Made by a program: the position numbers and the translations under genes. From positions 372,001 through 436,000 of the forward strand of contig CT868019.1 in assembly GCA_000165425.1 (NCBI GenBank): a stretch of 64,000 nt of DNA, given 5' to 3'. This DNA comes from Paramecium tetraurelia. Lineage: Eukaryota. This document shows positions 55,656 through 64,000 of this stretch, piece after piece; the first letter of the stretch is position 1; the number at the start of each line of letters is the position of its first letter. Below the pieces are notes generated by a model that searched no databases, was not told where the DNA came from, and was given only the letters and a program-made list of their open reading frames with translations.

Positions 55656-58090
55656 ATGTATGAAATGCAGAGTTTTAAGAATAATATGATATGGAAGAAA
55701 AATGGACTAATCATCACCATAAGAATATTTACATTCATTAGAAAGATGTTGGCGAATCTACATTCATATCAATTTAGAAAGCTCACTCATCAAAATTTTA
55801 AAGCCTTGAATGATCAATCTGCATATTACCGATTCTACGCAAATCAGAATTATGTTAATAGTAACTTGACATATATGGTATTAATTTGATAATATAAGGA
55901 CAAAATAAGATACTGGTTCAATGCTAATAACTTTCTAAATAAAATAAAGACTGGCTACAAATATACATTATTTAGTCACACAATAAATCCTAATAACAGT
56001 TTCAAACTAATTTTTGATTTCATCCTTTCAATAATGCTAATCATCAATGTGACGTATTTGCCTATGAATATGAGTTTCAATATAGAATGGCCAGAAGCAG
56101 AAGTAATATTATTGATGTTACCAGATTATTTATTTCTCATTCATATAATACTTCAATTCAACACAGCATATTATGACTCTGGAGTATTGAAGTCTTAAAG
56201 AAAAGAAATAGCAAAACATTACTTAAAAAATAGTTGCATTTTAGATTGTCTGAGTATGGTCCCTCTGATCTTCAATTTTGATCAAAGTTACTTTATGAAC
56301 TTCTTCATATTGCTTAGATTGAATGCATTAGTGGACATATTACTATTTTTTGAGGAAAATTACAATATGCGTAAAAACTATGGGACCTACATTGACGTCA
56401 TTAAATTAATGAGTATATTTCTATATTCGTCCCACATCTTTGCTTGTCTCTTTTTCTTAATAGCCAAAACTGAAATAAGTGATGGAGTCTAGAATACTTG
56501 GATATAGATCAACCATATACAAGACGTATCTTGGTAATAATAATATGTTACGGCACTGTATTGGGGTTCAGTGACTACCTTAACAATAGGATATGGAGAT
56601 ATTCTACCGACCACTAATATAGAGAGGGCTTATGTAATTCTAGTGGCATTATTAAGTTCGATAGTATTTGGATTCACCATCTCAAACATAGGATAGATTT
56701 TCAATAATATCACTGAGTTGAAGAAGACTCAAAGACATCGGATGAGCATGATAACTTCGTTTATCCAAAAGAGAGGTTTGAATAAGGAGTTAGAGATCAG
56801 AGTCAGGAAGTTCTTTGAGTATTATTTTTAAATAGAGGAAAACAGGGATCAGGAATGTGAAGTCCTAATGCAGTAATTAACTGAAGATTTAAGGAAGGAA
56901 GTTAAAATAGACTTCTATAAGAAATACTTAATGAAGCAACCTTTAATTTTTAAAACCTTTAGTGAAGAGTTTATAAATAAGATTTGCTTAATCATGCATG
57001 AACGGCTCTTGATCCCCGAAGAAAGGTTTCTGTTTAAAGGCGATCAAGTGAATGAACTATCATTCATCATAGAAGGCTATGCGGACATTATCATTGAGTT
57101 TAATAAAAATAAACAAAATAAGCTCTCTCAGATTCGCAGATTGGATTCATCTTAAAGCATTGCTATGAATTACTTCTTCACTTAATCGCCGATCCCCTAT
57201 ACAATTAAATCGAAAACATTCACAAGAATAGTCTAAATCAATTTATAAGAACTTCAATAATTATTAGTGTCCTATCCCAAAGATTGGGAGAAATTTAAAA
57301 AGTTACAACAGAGCATAAGGTTGAATGAATGTCCTTTGATAGAATGTGATATTTGCAAATAGACTCACTAATTAGAGAAATGCAATGTCTTATTTTATAC
57401 TCCCAATTCAAAATAGATAATTAAGAAGATATATTAAGTTAAGTAGGATCGCTCCAATTTCATCCGAGAAAACAGAATACAATATGTATTAATTTAGCAT
57501 TTAACTTATTATAGCAAACCTTTAATGACAAATTGAGTGTCCAGGAGGGTGTACTATCTTTTGCAGTTGACGAAAACTATTTCTAAAAGGAATCAATTAA
57601 TGAAGAATTTGTATAGAAATACGATTTCGTTCGATTGCGAAATGCTGAATTGAATATGGAAAACAGATCAGTTAAAATTGCGTAGTCCAAAGAAGAGCCA
57701 AAAATAATTAAAAGAAGAAACGGTGTCAGAGCCTCGATCAGATAGGTTATTGCTGAAAGTAATGAGTCATCGGATAGTGATTCTCAGAATCTCATCTAGA
57801 TGTTCAAAATACTCTCGTATAGGTCGTCAGAATAAATTGAATTCAAAAATTATCCAGATTAAATACTTTATAATGAATATTTAAATATCATCAAGCCTGA
57901 TGTTGTATCCTATCTAGATAAACAGAAAGAATTTGAACATTTTAACCCGCAGGATAATATCACGAATGTTTTACAGAGAAATATCGAAGTCAATAAAAAC
58001 TATTTAAAGCTTAAAACTAAAAAGTCCAGAAGACTAATTAAAAAATCCACATGGCTGGACAGCGTTAAACCTAAGAAAGTGCAATTTTGA
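55656..58090 (+). CDS. EAG/CNG-family K+ channel (channel 3)
   Basis: Pore LYWGSVTTLTIGYGD, SHIFACLF, KGDQVNELSFIIEG. Confidence 0.92.
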
Positions 58091-58182
58091 TGATTTTTAT
58101 TGTTATATAATAGTTACAAATTTAATACTAAAATGATACAACATTTAGATGATTTTATAAAATGTATATATATTTATTTGTT

Positions 58183-58565
58183 ATGCATTTTTAATTATCC
58201 TAAAACATCACCTTAGACTTGAGAAGTCCGGTAGAAGATGGTTTTGATGACGACATAAGCTCCACAGAATAACTAAGTGAAGGATCAGTTGAATCTTTAG
58301 AAGACCTCCTCCCCAAAATTCATTAAAAACAAAGCCCATTATGTATTATAGAAGAGAAGATAATTCAATATCTCAAATAATTAAACCTGGCATTTAAAAC
58401 AGATCCGAGAAAAAAAGAGTTTGAATATTAGTATTGATTATGTCTTACACTAGCGAAAAATAAAAAAAAACAATACCTCAGTTTCTAGGATCTGTTGAGG
58501 GTTCACCTGGCATAAAGATCATCAAATAAAAAACTAAATAAATAATGCAATATATAAAAAACTGA
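58183..58565 (+). CDS. Small hypothetical protein
   Basis: ORF with the 23-nt intron gtattgattatgtcttacactag. Confidence 0.65.
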
Positions 58566-59200
58566 AAACTAAAGCATTTTCACAAATAAACATATATGAC
58601 TTATAAAATGATCAAATAATTTTATTTTGAAGATTTTAGTTTTTATTATTGTTTTTTATCACCTATTTTTATAATAATCTTTTGGTCTCATCCAGATTGC
58701 ATTTTTACCATTCATACATGGCCACTTTTTGCAATATTGACGCAACATCGCAATACTCTCTAAACTGGTTGAAATTTACAAATATATACCATTTGCAAAT
58801 AATACATTAAATTTGAACCTGAAGTTTCTTTCTTTCCAACTTAACTGATCTGTATCATCACATCAGATTAATCATCTAATTAGTAGATATTTCCATGTTT
58901 CAACATATTTCTTCATTCAACAATATTTCTAAATTTAATAACATTTAGAATATAGATTTTTATATAATAAATGTTATTTCTTATATTTTTATCTTAACTA
59001 TTTTATAGTATATAAAATTTAATGTAATATGAAATAATTATGATTTAATTAATCAAAATATATCAGAGGTATTTCTGTATTTCTAATACTTAAATCCTAT
59101 ATTAATTATGTGTACATCTCATTTAGATGTAATAGGGGTTTAAGGTTAGAAGAGGATGAGGAAGAATTGTTTTATATTTAATTATTTTTATCTATATTTT

Positions 59201-60690
59201 ATGGGCAATAAATAAACTGAAAATTAATATAACAAAGAACATAATGAAAAGATGTTGGATTGTCTAAGTAAAACCTTCATTTATTTTAGTAATTGAAAAT
59301 AGAAATCAAATAGAAGTATTAATCAGAAAAGCTGGAAGGGTGAGCAAAGAATACTCTTTTCTAACCCCTCCTATTGGTAAAGGAAAATATAGTGAAATTA
59401 GAAAAATTATAAATAAAAAGACAGGAATTATGAGAGCAGTTAAAATAATCTAGAAAAATGTATCAAATAAAATAGAAGGGAAGATCATAAATGAAATAAA
59501 TACTTTAGAACTGTTGGATCATCCTAATATTGTAAGAGTGAATGAATATTTTTCTGATGACAGATTTCATTATATAATAACAGAATATTATTCTGGAGGA
59601 GAACTTATAGACCACATTGATAAATAAAGGGTATTCACTGAAACTTAGGCTGCAAAAATTATATATGTGCTACTTTACACTATAAATTATTGTCATAAAA
59701 AGTAAATTTGTCACAGGGAAATAAAGTTGGAGAACATACTGTTTGATAGAAATTCAGAGGATTCCCTGCCTATTTTGATTGATTTTGGAAGTTGTAGCAA
59801 AATGGATCACAAAATGACTAGTTAACCTAATCATCCATATTTCCAAGCTCCAGAATTAATATTAGGGAATTATCATAGTGGTGTTGATATATGGGCAATA
59901 GGAGTAATATTGTATCTGCTTTTATGTGGATATCCTCCATTCCGAGGAAAGACAGATGAGTTGATTATAAAGAGTGTTATAAGACATGAAGTGGAGTTTG
60001 ATGATCCTGAATGGGATAATACTTCAGAGGAGGCTAAGAATCTGATTGTAAAATTGTTATAAAAGGATCCCAATAGGAGAATGACTGCGGAGATGGCATT
60101 AAATGATATATGGATATTAAAAAATTATGAATTAAAGGTTTTTGATGGATTGATTAAGAGAGTGGTTACGAATTTGGCTACATTTTAAGCATCTTCAAGG
60201 TTATAGGAAGCTACTCTAAAATTGATGGTGCAATTTTTAGCCACAAGAGAAGAGCTTTCTGAATTGAGAGTAGTCTTCATGCATATAGATACAAAATTAG
60301 ATGGAGTATTGGATTAAGATGAGTTGCAGGCTGTTATGCTGAAATATTATGATTAAAGTTTTGTTCATTAACAAATAAATAAAATATGTTAGCATCCACT
60401 AACATACTCTACGTTTTTGACCAGAAGTGTTGACAGATAAACTATGTTGCAAAAGAGTAAGATAGAGACTGCTTTTAAATTGATAGATCGAGTATAAAGA
60501 TATAACTAAATTATTTTAGAATGGGTCAGGTAACATTTCAGTTGAAGAACTTTAAGATACATTTAAGGTTTGCAACGCAGAAACAGAAAACCCCTGGTCG
60601 GAAATCATGACTGAAGTTGATAGTAATCAAGATGGAAGTTTGTCTTTATTGGAGTTCAATTAAATGATGAGACAATTATTAATTTAATGA
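59201..60690 (+). CDS. Calcium-dependent protein kinase-like protein (probable pseudokinase)
   Basis: MGNK start; kinase fold (AVK, LDHPNI, HREIKLEN, DFG, APE, DIWAIG, GYPPF); EF-hand loops DTKLDGVLDQDEL, DRNGSGNISVEEL, DSNQDGSLSLLEF. Confidence 0.9.
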
Positions 60691-60705
60691 TAATTATAAA
60701 TTACA

Positions 60706-61620
60706 TCATACATTGATTAGTTTGATTAATAAACTCATTGTAGTATTAACAACATTCTTCTCATCATCATTATTGTCATCTTTATTTTTTTCTCGATTCC
60801 TATTAACCTCAATTCTCCACCATGCAATAAGTCCACCAACTATTAATAAGAGAACTAACACTATAAGTCCCAAAAAAAGGTATTTCTTTAATCTCTTCTT
60901 CTGTTCAAATTTAGCTCCATCTAATTCTTTGACAGTCACCTTCAAATTGTCTTGCACAGTTGTCATATTCATCTCGACTTCATTAAGTTAATTGCCTTAT
61001 TTATTTACTTCTGTGCTCATATCATTAACTATTCTGTTGAGAAGCAAAGCATCCTTTTCAATAGTATCTATTTCCTCTTGTCTGTAGATTATATAACATT
61101 ATTATACTTTTCTTTAATAACTGCATTATCAATTTCCAATTAAGATATTTCAACTAAATCATCAAATTGTTTCTATTCGATTTAAGATTGCTTAAGAGTG
61201 ACTGTCGATTGCATAACATTTGGTTTATATTGTTATGTTTAAGTGGATCTTCTGTGAAGAGTTTGCCTTCTTATTTCATACCCTTCTTCTATTAAATTTT
61301 TCTATATCTATTTGTATCTATTTATTTCTTTTCCATAGAGATCCCTTAGTTGCTTTATTTTTTTCTTTTATTCTGATATCTATTTAAATTCATTCATTTA
61401 CTTTTGCAATTTTATCTAGTTGTTACATTACTTCTTCCAGTTGTTCCCCCAAATTTAATTAAGCCACTCTTGCATTCTCAATGATTTCCTTCATTTTCTC
61501 AAATTGGGTCTAATCTGAGGACTGAATGTCATCATTTAATTCCTTTGCCTAACCAATCAGTTACGAAGCCTTCTATAATAGTCCATCAAAGTTCTATTTG
61601 CTTATTAAAGGTTAATTCAT
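60706..61620 (-). CDS. Syntaxin (Qa-SNARE)
   Basis: Habc-like helices; SNARE motif with zero-layer Q (VNKQGNQLNEVE); TM YLFLGLIVLVLLLIVGGLIAWW. Confidence 0.85.
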
Positions 61621-61690
61621 ATCTAAAATTTTTTTTCACTTTTTTTAATATTAATTAACTAACTAAATATTAAATATATAAATTTCAGCA

Positions 61691-62137
61691 TCACGTTATT
61701 CTCTATAAAGAACAATATCTGGTTGATTCATTTGATTATTTCCTTAGATAAACCTCCAATCTCGAACACATATCATATAAAGAATACGATAGAATTGGAA
61801 AGTAATGTTCAAATTCTTCATTCCCTTGAAGTCCTCTGATTATCATAACACAATAACTGAGATGATCATTAATGGCTGATATTTATTTATGACTCAAAAA
61901 TAAAATGTTTGACCGCCTTATTATTAACTCATTCAAATTTTATAATAAAAACTTCGAATAAGCATCTTGTGTATCAATTAATTCAATTAGTTTGAGTAGA
62001 TTTTCTATATCAGAATCTCTTTGATGTAAAATTTCTTATTTAAAAGATGTGGGGAATGGTAGTTTTGAATCCTCCTGCTTTCCTTATTCTTGAAGCACTA
62101 AATTGATTTTTCTTTTATTTGAACAAGCCAGACCCAT
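61691..62137 (-). CDS. Small hypothetical protein with N-terminal MGLACS (possible acylation)
   Basis: Table-6 ORF ending EEFEHYFPILSYSLYDMCSRLE... Confidence 0.6.
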
Positions 62138-63597
62138 CAATCTTTTGATTTTTAAATTGATAAATTAAACAATGAACTTCGTAATAAGTTCTTTATTTAC
62201 ATTTTACGTATTCAATTCAGTTTATTATGATTTTTTATATATGATATATTTTCATTTTTGAATTAGTCACAAATATGACAATCACATATGTTTACTTATA
62301 CAAGGATAACATATGAATTTTATTTGTATGAAATTCTTGATTCAATTCTAATTTTACTTTTTTAGTGAAATGTAATAATTTCAATAGGTTTAATAAATAA
62401 TTACAAGTTTGCATTATTGGCAATCTCACTCTTAAACTTGTCTTGAATCAGCCTTAAAAAGATTATAAATAAGGTTAATGTGAAAATAAACAAATTGTTA
62501 ACATAATCTCGAACTATTTAGATTTAGAATAATATAACTAAGAATAAGAGCAAATTATACTTTTAATTTCTTATTTAATAGTTTATAGGAGAGAGGAAAA
62601 ACTTAATCATCGAAATGAAGATTTTAATAAATTTCATATAGCATTAAAAAATTTAATATCATTTACATGATTATTCCTGAAATAATTTCTACAAACAATC
62701 TAAATGAATGATCAAAGCAAGGGTAACATACAATAAAAAAAAACTAGCAATTGTAATGTATGTAAATTGGGACATTCTAATATTTTATCTTTTTAATTTA
62801 AAAATTATTGATTCTATATATGATAGTTTAAATAATCTATTTTTATTAAATTATAGCTTAGAATTCGTACAAAATATACAACCAATATTGAATAAGACCT
62901 AGAGCAGAATACGATTATAAATGCATTTCCTTAGTATCAATCACTATGAGATAACAAATTAAATTCAGCCTTATGATCTAAATGATAAATAGTCGAATCC
63001 TATTGTTTTCGATAAGAAATATAAAAAAAAATAATTATGATATGTTTTGTAATTAGAGTATTTCCTTAACATTCAAATAAATATTCTTATAGATTTATTA
63101 CTAATTTATAATTATCATAATTTTTTTGTTGGTGATGTATACTTCTTTAATAATAAAATATTATTGAATTACTCTTCTGAATATTTACGAGTCATCTAAT
63201 AGATTTTAGCTATATTGATTTACTTTAATAACTGTTTCAAATGGTAGATTGAAATTCTTAAATTTGGTTACTATGAAATGCAATGTTTCTCTGCATGCTT
63301 GAATATCTGAATACAATTCTAAGATTGAGGTTGAGAATTGATCATTTTCTCTAATATTCTAAAAGAGAGTTTCTTCGTTTAACCTAAGATGCATACAATT
63401 TATACTCTAATACGTCATTTTTATCAACAAACTCACTCAATTTTTTATTTTCGTTTTCTAATTACTATATAGATTATTCGATTTAATTTTCTAGATTTTA
63501 TAAGTACATTTTTTTGGTTTCCTATTTTGTGACTTCATCGATTAATCTATCATGATGTTAATGCAAAATTTTGAAATCATTTTAAATTTAATTTAAA

Positions 63598-64000
63598 TCA
63601 TCGCTTAATACTAAATGAATGAACTAAAATTTTACTTTAATTACATTTCTCCTTTAGTTTGTATTCAACTTGAGTTTATATGTTACTCTATTAATAATAT
63701 CCTGGAGCCTACGGCTATTATTATTGAGGAGCATACGGTTATTGTTATTGAGTAGCATATGGGTTATAAGGTTGTGTTTGATTATTATAATAATTAGGAG
63801 GGTTGTTTTAATATTAATAATTGTAGCCTTGGGTTTAATTTTAGTAGTATTATTGCGGCTGATTTTAGTATTAATATGGGGCTTAAGCATTTGGCGGTTA
63901 TTGAACAGCCCTAATAGATTGCATGTATAATTACATTGAATTTTATTATGCTCGGTTGAAGAAAGGGAAATGGCCTTCTAATTCTCTAACTAAAGCGACC
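63598..64000 (-). CDS. 3' part of a gene with a Q/P/Y/N-rich low-complexity tail (truncated by the window edge)
   Basis: VALVRELEGHFPFFNRAQ..QPPNAQAPYQYQNQPQQYY...; stop position uncertain. Confidence 0.7.

Noticed and set aside
58435..58437. Apparent in-frame TGA suggesting readthrough
   Set aside because: It lies inside the canonical 23-nt intron gtattgattatgtcttacactag
58620..58930. Short minus-strand coding-like fragment with an intron-like segment
   Set aside because: No clear start, stop or recognisable domain; at most a gene remnant
63654..63930. ORF-track proteins on both strands
   Set aside because: These are off-frame and antisense readings of the Q/P/Y-rich tail of the truncated - strand gene

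Overview
This is AT-rich, gene-dense eukaryotic DNA from a ciliate macronuclear chromosome, most likely Paramecium (aurelia complex). Coding frames stay open only when TAA/TAG are read as Gln and TGA is the sole stop (translation table 6), and genes carry tiny GT..AG introns of about 20-30 nt. The supplied ORF track treats TAA/TAG as stops, so it shows gene fragments and antisense shadows. Manual retranslation gives about 42 protein-coding genes. Recognisable ones include PI4-kinase, an Rrp46-like exosome subunit, an IQ+MORN protein, AHA1, three EAG/CNG-type K+ channels, COQ5, Tipin/Swi3, a CSN1-like PCI protein, meckelin/MKS3, SNRNP27, an MFS transporter, anamorsin/Dre2, a ULK-like kinase, an SLC35F6-like transporter, a Brr6/Brl1-like protein, a CDPK-like protein and a syntaxin. 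I found no rRNA, tRNA, CRISPR or intact mobile element, and no clear multi-gene novel system. The best leads are single genes or domains: a CDPK with Glu in place of the catalytic Asp, a Brr6/Brl1-like protein, a homeodomain/CENP-B-like HTH protein, a shared uncharacterised 'KNxxKN' domain, a reused B-box-like module, degenerate sensor domains in the K+ channels, and a 19-bp head-to-head gene junction. A G-rich degraded duplicate beside the N-gap is most likely an assembly artefact. Coordinates were counted by hand and may be off by a few bases, and family assignments come from motif recognition rather than database searches.
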